A stretch of DNA of 64,000 bases from Candidatus Latescibacterota bacterium (lineage in GTDB: Bacteria; Latescibacterota; UBA2968): the NCBI GenBank assembly GCA_965116885.1, contig OZ220741.1:3616001-3680000 (forward strand). Direction: 5' to 3'. Position numbers and translations under genes: made by a program. Position 1 is the first letter of the stretch, and every line of letters starts with the position of its first letter. The notes below the pieces were generated by a model. The model worked only from the letters and a program-made list of their open reading frames with translations, was not told where the DNA came from and ran no database searches. Below are positions 30,780-39,562 of this stretch, piece after piece.

Positions 30780-31775
30780 CTATAGAAGTGATCTGATCTC
30801 ATCCACCGATAGCGGTAGTCTCCGAATCTGCCCTTCGAAGTCAAAGCGTGAGCGCACGGCGTCTCTCACCGTTCCTGGTTTCTCAATATAGTGCGATAGC
30901 TGATCAGCATAGTAGGCCGCCCAGACGACGCCAAATGTTTCCCGGTCTCCGACTGAGAGTGGTCGCTCAGAAAGATAGCCTCGTAGGAAATCCAGCATCT
31001 CTTTCTCCAATAGAGATCGTCCCCCAGTCAGATCATTCATTAGCCATCTGTGTTGGACCATTACAAGATCTACAGTAGCTGGCGCAAAAGAGTTGCAGAG
31101 ATCGGTGAAACCGACTTTCTCTCCATCCGTGTGGACGTTGGGACCCCAGACATCTCCATGCGTTGTCATCCACTGCACTGATGTTCGTATTAGGTACTCG
31201 TAGGTGGTTTGCAACTCGGTCTGAAGGGTCTTGATGGCGTTGCGAAGATCGCCAGGAAGAGAACGGGAAAGCGCTCGCCGAAGTCTGGCCTCTACAAAGC
31301 CAGTGAGATCTTTCTTTCGCATCCTGGATTTTTCGAACTTCTCCGATGCCAGATGAATCTTAGCAAGTCCACGTCCCACCGCACCCAATCGGTGGAGATG
31401 ACGAGAGTTGCAAGGTTCCCCACCGAGATCAGTTTCCACGGAGAGCACAACAGCATCTCCGATCATGATACACAAATCTCCGGAGAGAGTGGGGACAATC
31501 TGGGGGACAGGGGCATCATTTGTTGATAGATGATTGAGGAACTCGACAACTTCCTCCGGACAGAACTGACCCCGTGCCCAGTTCAATCGTGCGAAGAACG
31601 TCGCTCCATTCTTCTCAAATGAGAAAAGGCGCTCCGTGCCTGGTACCGGTATGAGAGAACCATCGAACTGCCAGGCTGACCGAAGGGCCTCCTGAATTTT
31701 TTCCTTTGGTGGAATCTGATCCACTAACTGCTCCTCCGATACATGGTTCTCAACAGCGCTTTCGAAGACCAACAT
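30780..31775 (-). CDS. Phosphotransferase (APH/kinase fold)
   Basis: LAKIH, THGDVWGPNV. Confidence 0.75.
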   Translation of the reverse strand: MLVFESAVENHVSEEQLVDQIPPKEKIQEALRSAWQFDGSLIPVPGTERLFSFEKNGATFFARLNWARGQFCPEEVVEFLNHLSTNDAPVPQIVPTLSGDLCIMIGDAVVLSVETDLGGEPCNSRHLHRLGAVGRGLAKIHLASEKFEKSRMRKKDLTGFVEARLRRALSRSLPGDLRNAIKTLQTELQTTYEYLIRTSVQWMTTHGDVWGPNVHTDGEKVGFTDLCNSFAPATVDLVMVQHRWLMNDLTGGRSLLEKEMLDFLRGYLSERPLSVGDRETFGVVWAAYYADQLSHYIEKPGTVRDAVRSRFDFEGQIRRLPLSVDEIRSLL

Positions 31776-31778
31776 GAC

Positions 31779-31823
31779 GTATAACTACGTTTATTGAGTG
31801 ACCCTCGTTTCCAATGGTTATGA
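31779..31823 (-). other. Short attC-like spacer
   Basis: GTATAAC...GTTATGA; the upstream stop TAA lies inside the R''-like box. At 45 bp it is shorter than a canonical attC. Confidence 0.4.
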
Positions 31824-32798
31824 CCCGCTACCAAACACTGCATTCTGCCCGCCAATCGACATAATTCCGATCTCTATCTCCGTTCGATGAGCATAGAACC
31901 AATCCAGGAGTTCCAAACTGGCAGTTTCTCCTTTTATCTCCTCAAGTTCTGGGAGGCAGCGCGCAAGCATTACATACAGCAGATGGTCTTTCTCCAACGG
32001 ACGAAGCGGATTAACCGCGTTGTAGGACGCCAGAAACTCGCTGAAGTGAGCCAGCCACCAGCGACGGTGCTCATCCGTCTTATCCTTTGAAGGCAGGCCA
32101 TTGCGACCTCGGTACTTGATCAGCGAAATCAGAGCTGTCGTGATGTCGTCAATCCGCTGTCCAATACTGATGTGATCGCAGTCGATGAACCCGCGAAATT
32201 CACCCTTGACCATCCGGACATTTCCGCGATGCACGTCCTGGAATACTGGCTCCATAGGCAACGAAAACGCGATCAGTCGCAGGTGGCTTTCAACTTCACT
32301 CAGCGTGTCCTCTACTCTTCGTCTTGCCTCATCAGAGAGTTTGGGTAGCGCCTCCGGAACATAGTCTTTGAAAAGTGGGTCATAGGCGTTGTCCTCCCAC
32401 GTCTCGATGGGTCCCTCAAAGTCGGCCAAGATGGCGTGCAAGCGACCGTAGGCTGCTCCTATAGTTCGATAGAGCGGGCCTGAATCTGGGCCATAGAAGT
32501 CAGGTTCGTCGTCTGGTAGGAAGGGCATCAAAATATAGATAGACGAGTCGATTCTGCTATAAGACAAGCCAGATCTGGTCTCGATCAGATAGGCTATGGG
32601 AAGACCCGAGTCATGAACATGACGTGTGACTCGGAACTGAGTCTCAGTACGCACCAGCACATCGGGCGCGCCGACGTTCTTCAGAACGAAGCGCTCGCCT
32701 GTGGTCGCCTCGACGTGATACACTTCTGGGACTGCGTCTGCTCTGATGCACTGGACGGAGATATCCCAGGTTTCCAGAGCCCGTTCAGCTTCTTTCAT
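31818..32798 (-). CDS. Phosphotransferase (APH/kinase fold)
   Basis: GRLHA, QDVHRGNV, FIDCD. Confidence 0.8.
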   Translation of the reverse strand: MKEAERALETWDISVQCIRADAVPEVYHVEATTGERFVLKNVGAPDVLVRTETQFRVTRHVHDSGLPIAYLIETRSGLSYSRIDSSIYILMPFLPDDEPDFYGPDSGPLYRTIGAAYGRLHAILADFEGPIETWEDNAYDPLFKDYVPEALPKLSDEARRRVEDTLSEVESHLRLIAFSLPMEPVFQDVHRGNVRMVKGEFRGFIDCDHISIGQRIDDITTALISLIKYRGRNGLPSKDKTDEHRRWWLAHFSEFLASYNAVNPLRPLEKDHLLYVMLARCLPELEEIKGETASLELLDWFYAHRTEIEIGIMSIGGQNAVFGSGS

Positions 32799-32837
32799 AT
32801 GACCACCGATAGGCAGATGTTCCGGCAGGTCAATCCG

Positions 32838-32862
32838 CGCAGGGGTTGGGCGAAGGCCGAAC
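32838..32862 (-). other. Internal fragment of attC-like family
   Basis: GCAGGGGTTGGGCGAAG matches 35661-35677. Confidence 0.5.
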
Positions 32863-32896
32863 CGCTCTTGAGTCGATCACGTCTCTTGTCGAGCGG

Positions 32897-32956
32897 TTCT
32901 TCTCGTACCTTCCTCTTCAAGCGCTTCCGTTCTGTCTTTTTTGCTTTCTTCCGATT
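32897..32956. repeat. Remnant of the 3' region of gene 34855..35565
   Basis: 57/60 identical to 34888-34947. Confidence 0.93.
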
Positions 32957-32989
32957 TCGAGAGCGACCACCGCCTTCGGGCTCTTCCCT

Positions 32990-34612
32990 CTACCGGGTGT
33001 CGGGCAACTCGAGGATCTGCGCTGCCTTCAACAACTCGGGACGTAACTCATCGTACGGCAGATCCTGCGTGTCGCAATCGGCATCCAGACACAGCCTTGC
33101 TGCCAGCCCAGCAGACTCTCCCAGGACCATGAAGACCGGCTCCATGCGCGCGCTACCGTAGGATATGTGAGAGGCCGAGAAACATACGGGGATGAACAGA
33201 TTTGCTGTCTCCCCCCTCTTTGGTACGATACTCCGGTAGCTTACGGGATAAGGGTCGGTCGGGGGGATCTGCACATCCCCTTCGTTGAGGACATGTGCCA
33301 CGCCCCCTTCGACACGTACGAATCGGGAGCAATTATGCGAGTCCATGGTGTAGCTACCCATCCCGATCGAGTCCTCTGCGACTGACTTCTGGTAGCAGTC
33401 GTGCTCAGTGATGACGTAGTCGCCGATCATCCGGCGACACTCGCGGATATACAATTGATGCGGCCAGTGCTCAGTATCGGTGAACTCGTCACTGGATAGA
33501 CCCCAGCGGCTGTAGGCGTCACGCACGCGCCGGGGAATCGCCGGTTCATTGGCCAGATGCCAGTAGAGACCGCGCTGATAATTGACGTGCGCCTGGAATA
33601 TGGCCTCTCGCTCCTCATAGCTGGCGGCGGGCCATTCCCACGATCTCCCGATGAAGTCACTGCTGATGGGGCCGTGGTTGTTGGTATCGGTTTTACAGTA
33701 GCCGCCGGGTGTTTTGTTCGGGAAGATGTCGAACTTCCCGGGTACTCCGCTGTCGCGTATGTGGGCAACCGGGTCGGCGCTGTGATTCGGATTCTGGCTG
33801 TCTCCGCCCACAGTGTTGAACCAGCGCGTCGCAAGGACATACTGGGCCGGGTCAAACGCGTCCGGCTTAGTCCAGTCGATCTTGTGCACAGGATCATCGG
33901 TCATGCATACGCGGAAGCAATAGGCTTGCACACGGTGATCGCCCTCGCCCTGTCGTGCCGCCAGATCGGTCTCCTCGATCTGAGGCAGCAGCCCGCTGTC
34001 CGGGTCACCCGGTTCCACGTAGGGATCTACGGTAAGACCGAACTGATGTTTTTCCCGCACCTGGATGCCGTTGAGCGTCTCACCGTAGATCTCATTTGCC
34101 TCACGCCCCACATGGAAGGAGACGCCGGCCTTCGCCATCAGGTCCCCCTCGTAGGAGCAGTCCATAAAGATCCTGGCGCGGACCCGGAGTCCACCAAGGA
34201 GCGTGATGGAAACGATACGTTGATCAATAGATTCGACGGCGTCCAGATACTGACCGTACCGGACATCGATACCGTTTTCCGAAATCCACGCATCGAAAAC
34301 AGCGTCGGCGACGTGGGGTTCGAACTGCCACTCTTCATTCTGTCCGTAGTGCCGTCCGACCTGGTTGTAGAAGGATCGGCTCAGTCCACCGATAACGTAC
34401 TTGCGGCCGAAGTCCGTCCACCCGAGTCCGCCGGTTGTCATGCCACCGATGTGTTGGCCCGGCTGGAGGATGACGACACGTAGCCCGGCCCGTGCGACTG
34501 TGACGGCTGCAGCGACACCCCCTGACGAGCCGCCGTAGATGCAGACATCCGTTTCGATGATCTCAGTTGTAGGTTCAATCCAGTCGCGATGGAAGTATTT
34601 GAGATTCGACAT
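32990..34612 (-). CDS. FAD-dependent oxidoreductase
   Basis: YGGSSGG, DCSYEGD, YIRECRR, ARMEPVFM. Confidence 0.88.
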   Translation of the reverse strand: MSNLKYFHRDWIEPTTEIIETDVCIYGGSSGGVAAAVTVARAGLRVVILQPGQHIGGMTTGGLGWTDFGRKYVIGGLSRSFYNQVGRHYGQNEEWQFEPHVADAVFDAWISENGIDVRYGQYLDAVESIDQRIVSITLLGGLRVRARIFMDCSYEGDLMAKAGVSFHVGREANEIYGETLNGIQVREKHQFGLTVDPYVEPGDPDSGLLPQIEETDLAARQGEGDHRVQAYCFRVCMTDDPVHKIDWTKPDAFDPAQYVLATRWFNTVGGDSQNPNHSADPVAHIRDSGVPGKFDIFPNKTPGGYCKTDTNNHGPISSDFIGRSWEWPAASYEEREAIFQAHVNYQRGLYWHLANEPAIPRRVRDAYSRWGLSSDEFTDTEHWPHQLYIRECRRMIGDYVITEHDCYQKSVAEDSIGMGSYTMDSHNCSRFVRVEGGVAHVLNEGDVQIPPTDPYPVSYRSIVPKRGETANLFIPVCFSASHISYGSARMEPVFMVLGESAGLAARLCLDADCDTQDLPYDELRPELLKAAQILELPDTR

Positions 34613-34854
34613 CGGTTGTGAACTCCGTATTTGTTGATAAATGTAGTGGTCGCAGTTTGTTGTGTTATGGACCATCACTGGTTCGAGGAGCCGACAGACC
34701 CTTCGAAAACTCAGACGACGTCTCTACCATTGAGAACCCGTAGTTTGCATAGAAAGCCTGGGCTCTGTGATTTTTCTCGTTAGTCGTCTGCTCCTAACAT
34801 GTCATTTTCGACGATCTTCAATCAGTATCTCTCCCGGATCTTTTCGGATTCATT

Positions 34855-35565
34855 TTATTCGCTTGAGGCACGCCTCCTGGTGAGCATTTCTTCTCGCACC
34901 TTCCTCTTCAAGCGCTCCCGTTCTGTCTTTTCTGCTTTCTTCCGATTGCGTTCCGTGGCCGCTGAAGCATATTGCTCTCTACTTGTCCTCACCTTATCCA
35001 GCCATTCTTGTCGTGTGGACAGGATTTCTGGGCTACTCTTGGAACCATAGCTGAGATTGTTCAGGAAGTCGATTATCTCGTTAGGCTTCCCGCCGATGAG
35101 ATCGAGTGCCCCCGGTCTCGACAGTCCACCTTCGAGTTCCCAGTGATACCTGTGAATCAGAGTATCGATCAGGATCATTTTTTCTTGAACTGATCGCGCA
35201 ACCCTATACTTTTGCACGTATTCTTTAAGGAACGCAGTCATGCCGGATGCAATAAGGTGTTTGCCTCGAAACGACTTCTGGTATTCGGCCCACGTCAATT
35301 CCCAGTTACACGATTCACAGCGAAGCAAGAACTCCTTATCGAAGTTGTGTTCAAGCCCGCGTTGGCAGTGGGGACATCTCGCGAGCCCGTTGTTCGCATC
35401 CCTTGCCTGGAAAATACTCTCGATTCTCACAAGCAGGCCAATCCCCACTTCGTTGATTAGCTCTTCATCCCGGATTCCTTGAGCATCCTTAGCATAGAGC
35501 TCCGCGATTTTCTGTCGAGGGATTCTACCCGCCCAAATTGGCCTGTCGTATCTGACTTTAGTCAT
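34855..35565 (-). CDS. Hypothetical protein with CxxC-CxxC zinc ribbon
   Basis: CPHC...CESC; basic coiled C-terminus. Confidence 0.75.
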   Translation of the reverse strand: MTKVRYDRPIWAGRIPRQKIAELYAKDAQGIRDEELINEVGIGLLVRIESIFQARDANNGLARCPHCQRGLEHNFDKEFLLRCESCNWELTWAEYQKSFRGKHLIASGMTAFLKEYVQKYRVARSVQEKMILIDTLIHRYHWELEGGLSRPGALDLIGGKPNEIIDFLNNLSYGSKSSPEILSTRQEWLDKVRTSREQYASAATERNRKKAEKTERERLKRKVREEMLTRRRASSE

Positions 35566-35632
35566 TGGCTTTTTCTCCAGTTTTGCAGTTCTGATCATTG
35601 GCGTGATCCCGATAAGATGTATTTCTCATTAC

Positions 35633-35713
35633 ATATAACGTTTTACGGCTTGCGAACCGAGCAGGGGTTGGGCGAAGACCGAATGGCCGAAGCCGTGTGT
35701 GGACGTGTTAAGC
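35633..35713 (-). other. attC-like site (81 bp), best example
   Basis: R'' GCTTAAC contains the TAA stop of the upstream methyltransferase; R' GTTATAT; inner inverted repeat ACGGCTT/AAGCCGT. Confidence 0.72.
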
Positions 35714-36454
35714 ACCCTGTGGGGGACCGGATAGAGGTTTTCCCAACTTCATGAGTAATAACATCGGCCAACCGAGATCAAAATCCTCCGGAAACTCAGT
35801 CCAGTACTCCTTCGCCCTCGGCGACTTCTCAAGCAGGCATTCGTCAGCAAGATGCTCCTCAATGCGATCAATCTGAAGTTGGGCCTTCAAGGCCGCATTG
35901 ACATAGTCCGCGATCTGGTGGTGATAGCCCTCAACGTTAACCTTTTGGCCTGTCTTCATATCAGTGAAGCGAGCCTGTAGGCGACGGAGACGCATCGCTG
36001 GGTGGAGTTCTGAGATGAGAATGAAACCTCCTGGCCGACAGATCCTCGCCATTTCTCCGATTACTGGATCCAAGTCAGAAATGTGCTCCAGGACGAGGCA
36101 GCATAGGACGCGATCAAAGGTGTCATTGTTGAATGGGAGGCACGCTGTCAGATCATGGGTAACGAATCGCACATCGTGGTCTTTCGTCTTCTCAATAGCT
36201 TGCGCCATCATTTCTGGAGCGAAGTCAATTGCGGTCACTCTGGCACCTGCTTCTGACAGATAGAGGGTATGACGTCCCGTACCGCAGCCGATATCAGCGA
36301 CGCTGAGTTCTTGGACATCCCCCAACAGGGATCGCAATAGCGGCTCTTCCAAAATGATCAAGAAATTGTCCTGCGTATCGTACGTTTCAGACCAACGAGC
36401 GTAGCCTTGCCGAACAGGTACGGTTTCAAGATCGGCCCCAGACCCATTACTCAT
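35708..36454 (-). CDS. Class I SAM-dependent methyltransferase
   Basis: ADIGCGTGR, FDRVLC, LEHI. Confidence 0.9.
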   Translation of the reverse strand: MSNGSGADLETVPVRQGYARWSETYDTQDNFLIILEEPLLRSLLGDVQELSVADIGCGTGRHTLYLSEAGARVTAIDFAPEMMAQAIEKTKDHDVRFVTHDLTACLPFNNDTFDRVLCCLVLEHISDLDPVIGEMARICRPGGFILISELHPAMRLRRLQARFTDMKTGQKVNVEGYHHQIADYVNAALKAQLQIDRIEEHLADECLLEKSPRAKEYWTEFPEDFDLGWPMLLLMKLGKPLSGPPQGA

Positions 36455-36495
36455 GTTGTATGTCTCCAGGATAATGCCGGTGGTTCTGCCCAAAG

Positions 36496-37095
36496 TTAAT
36501 TCTCAAATAAGATAGCCCCAACAGCATCGAGTCGATATTGGTTGCCATCGTATGCAATCGTCGTAACAGAGCATTCACGCATGACTTCACCACTGTATGG
36601 GTCATTGCAGAATTTCGGACTGATGCGACTCAGTTCTTCAGACGAAAAAACGTTGAGAAGGAAGTCTGCTAAGACACCACCATGGGTCACCCCGATCACA
36701 GTATCTTTGGATGACTGACGATAGCAATCGGAAACAAATGCCTCAATACGTCTGCCAGCCGCAATGCTTGAATCGCCAACACTGGGCCGGTAATCTCGTT
36801 CTGTGTTACAACGCTCCCACTGAGCCATGAATTCATCGAAAGATTGGCCTTTGATGTCACCCCAATTCATTCGTTCACGTAGCCGTGAATCTTCAGTAAC
36901 GTCAAGTTTCAAAATGGTGGCGATGATCTCTGCTGTTTCTCTTGTTCGTGCCAGTGGACTACTGAAGATTCGCGCGATGCCGTTTGATGCTAACTTCCTG
37001 GCGAGTAGTCTTGCCTCTTCTCGTCCCTTTGATGTCAATGAAGGGTCGCCGATCTTGCGATCTCTCTTACCGTGGCGAATAAAGTAAAAACGCAT
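36496..37095 (-). CDS. Histidine phosphatase family protein
   Basis: RHG, SSPLARTRET, THGG. Confidence 0.9.
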   Translation of the reverse strand: MRFYFIRHGKRDRKIGDPSLTSKGREEARLLARKLASNGIARIFSSPLARTRETAEIIATILKLDVTEDSRLRERMNWGDIKGQSFDEFMAQWERCNTERDYRPSVGDSSIAAGRRIEAFVSDCYRQSSKDTVIGVTHGGVLADFLLNVFSSEELSRISPKFCNDPYSGEVMRECSVTTIAYDGNQYRLDAVGAILFEN

Positions 37096-37121
37096 TAAAT
37101 CTACCTGTCTTTCGATTTTTC

Positions 37122-38057
37122 TTATGCACAATCTGCCGGAGTGGGGTTGGGGAACTCTTGCGGCGCTTGCGCAAAAGACGCGATAGATGACGTGTACGCA
37201 TGGCCTCCTGCCAGTCTTCGCTTCTCGAGACTACTACGAAGCTCATCATACTCCCAATTCCCACTCTCGGCCTCCTCACGCCACTTCATGTTGTATGTCT
37301 CTCGCTTGCAAACGTCCAGGTGCTTCGGAGCTAGCGTGAGCCACGTCTTCCCTGAAGTAACACTTCCGAAGCCGTTAAAGCATGGGGAGTGCATGTAGAG
37401 CAAGTTCTTTGCCATGTACGTCAGATAGTCTTCTGAGCTGTACTTGGCTCCATTGTAACTCAGTTCGTTGTTGCAGAAGATAGTTTTGTGTCGGCAAAGT
37501 CGGTCCCTGGTCTCCCATGGGCTTAGGATCAGTTCTTCAGAGTCACATAGAAACGCATTGTACGAGGGGTCAACCATCACCCACTTCGAGCGAGAAGTAC
37601 ACCAAACCACCGTAACTACATGATTGTCATAGTCATATGGATTCAGAGGATTCAGAGACACTATTCGGCTCTGCAATCCCAGAGATAGGCAGGCCTCTGT
37701 TAGCACGATAGACAGCATGTAGCAGTTGATGCCATAGTCCTCACCTTTGCCGAACGAATAGCTCAGAAGTCCCGAAGCGTTCATAGGCAGCGCTTTGCAG
37801 ACCTCGGGCAGCGCTTTACTTATGTCACCTCTGTGGCATATGCCTTCAGACATCCACTGCATTAAGTTCAGGATTTTAGACCAGTCGTCTCCACCTCCTG
37901 CAACCTGATCAAGTCTATATGCCTCGCGCAGACGCTCGAGTTCAGGATGGGAGAGTTCATATTGGAAGCCAGGTGCCAACTCGTCTGGTAAGGAATCAAA
38001 CTCGTCAAACAAGCGTAAGAGCCCGCAGTTTAGTCTAAACTGATAATTCATCGTCAC
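37122..38057 (-). CDS. Transglutaminase-like domain protein
   Basis: Putative triad INC...NHV...VDPS. Confidence 0.75.
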   Translation of the reverse strand: MTMNYQFRLNCGLLRLFDEFDSLPDELAPGFQYELSHPELERLREAYRLDQVAGGGDDWSKILNLMQWMSEGICHRGDISKALPEVCKALPMNASGLLSYSFGKGEDYGINCYMLSIVLTEACLSLGLQSRIVSLNPLNPYDYDNHVVTVVWCTSRSKWVMVDPSYNAFLCDSEELILSPWETRDRLCRHKTIFCNNELSYNGAKYSSEDYLTYMAKNLLYMHSPCFNGFGSVTSGKTWLTLAPKHLDVCKRETYNMKWREEAESGNWEYDELRSSLEKRRLAGGHAYTSSIASFAQAPQEFPNPTPADCA

Positions 38058-38174
38058 TACCTCAAGATATGTTGATTCTCTTTTCCCATTTCATATATCG
38101 TTCCCGCCGTGCACGAACCCGCTGCAGATATAATATAGAGGAAAACCCTCCCATTCATTGGAGATTGTTAATTT

Positions 38175-38232
38175 GCAGCGGGTTGGGCGAAGGCCCTTAT
38201 GGCCTGAGCCGTGCATGGTCATGTTACACGGC
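38175..38232 (-). other. attC-like site of the TIR cassette (R' side lost)
   Basis: Homologous to 35661-35713; R'' GTGTAAC. Confidence 0.62.
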
Positions 38233-38252
38233 GTGCCACACACTATGAGAGC

Positions 38253-39104
38253 TCAGGTTTCGGCTTCCTCGCGGATAACAGAAATGCTATCACCCATCTG
38301 AATAACATACTTGGGCTCTCCTTTCACTACGGCGACAACAGCCACCTCCCAGGGCATAGTTTTCTCACCCAATCTCATTCTTCTACGCTCTATTCTTCCG
38401 AAAACGGACCAGCCACTCTCTTCCAATTCCCTTATTTGGTCGTTCATTCTCGCGTTCGCTTCGACCCGTCCCCCTGGACCGATGTCATCCCATATGTCCC
38501 CCCAGTCTTGCAGTTCGTCTAGGAATTCGGCAATGAGCGGGACTTCCCCTGAGTCAGGATCGTCATTAAGGAACAGAGTAGCATCACAGAATCCAATTAT
38601 CCCACCAAGTTCTGATCCCATTCTAATTCTCGGCAATGGCTCCTCACTTTCTGCTCGATTTCTCAAATTCTCCACAATGTCAGGGCGAACGACCCCCAAC
38701 ACAGTCGCCACAACTACGCGAAGGCCGTGCTCCCACTTCACGGCGATTTTGTCCGCCAACGGAGGCGAAACAGCTCGAACATCCTTCTCATCGATACCAT
38801 ACCAGACAGGTAATATTACGTTCTGGCCGTCAATTTCCCGTTGGGCTAGTCCGTTCAGCTCTCGTTCCGGATAGTGTTTCCCGAAAAAGCATCTTGACAG
38901 TATGACTACTCCGAATCTGCAGCTTGCAAGACCTTCATCTACCTTAAGACGTAAGCTATCACCAAGTTTCAGTTCGGTTTGATCAAACCATACCGAGACA
39001 CCCAACTTACAAAGAAGCGTCGCCAATGGCCGAGCTACTGCCTCACGATCTTCAGAGGCATATGAAATAAACACATCCCACTGCTTGGGAGTTTGGCTGT
39101 TCAT
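38253..39104 (-). CDS. TIR-domain protein (TIR_2) with uncharacterised C-terminal domain
   Basis: DVFISYASED, VWFD, LGDSL, ERELNG, ILPVW. Confidence 0.9.
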   Translation of the reverse strand: MNSQTPKQWDVFISYASEDREAVARPLATLLCKLGVSVWFDQTELKLGDSLRLKVDEGLASCRFGVVILSRCFFGKHYPERELNGLAQREIDGQNVILPVWYGIDEKDVRAVSPPLADKIAVKWEHGLRVVVATVLGVVRPDIVENLRNRAESEEPLPRIRMGSELGGIIGFCDATLFLNDDPDSGEVPLIAEFLDELQDWGDIWDDIGPGGRVEANARMNDQIRELEESGWSVFGRIERRRMRLGEKTMPWEVAVVAVVKGEPKYVIQMGDSISVIREEAET

Positions 39105-39127
39105 GAGTCACTCAATACAGTTGACAT

Positions 39128-39165
39128 GCCGTGTAACTACGGGATTAACGAACAGTTATGGTAAT
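39128..39165 (-). other. attI-like motif at the head of the array
   Basis: Ends GTTACAC on the minus strand before the TIR gene; no attC hairpin partner; duplicated at 13001-13032. Confidence 0.5.
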
Positions 39166-39176
39166 ACATACCAAAT

Positions 39177-39473
39177 CTATACTTTCTTGCGTGCTTCTAA
39201 CCATCGCTTTAGCGAACGTTGGCTCTCTCCTGAAGGTCGGCCAGCCCATACATTTTCGACACTAATATCCTCATCCAAATCAGGCCAATGGATGCCTTCG
39301 CCTCGACCGATGAGTCGCCAATTACAGCGCTCTTGATGGGTGCCATGCAATAGACGAGGATACCATTCTAAAGGGACGCTTATGCTTCGTCCATCAACTA
39401 AGTCTATCATTAGGGACTCATCATTGATAGAGATACATTCCGTAAGTGCAGGTTTGCAGTTGATATATACCAT
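39177..39473 (-). CDS. DUF2442 family protein
   Basis: DGRSISVPLEWYPRL, GIHWPDLDEDISV. Confidence 0.85.
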   Translation of the reverse strand: MVYINCKPALTECISINDESLMIDLVDGRSISVPLEWYPRLLHGTHQERCNWRLIGRGEGIHWPDLDEDISVENVWAGRPSGESQRSLKRWLEARKKV

Positions 39474-39493
39474 TGTTTTACAGTGATATAGAA

Positions 39494-39530
39494 ACTAAAA
39501 GCCCACGGTCAAAGGACGTGAGCTTTTAGT
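39494..39530. terminator. Intrinsic terminator-like hairpin at the core/array boundary
   Basis: ACTAAAAGCCCACG/CGTGAGCTTTTAGT inverted repeat with A/T tracts. Confidence 0.7.
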
Positions 39531-39562
39531 GTGATTCCTACCTTTCGCAACTGGTTTATAGA

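Noticed and set aside
33557..34483. 308-aa plus-strand ORF and similar long antisense ORFs
   Set aside because: These are shadows of well-supported opposite-strand genes with no recognisable motifs.
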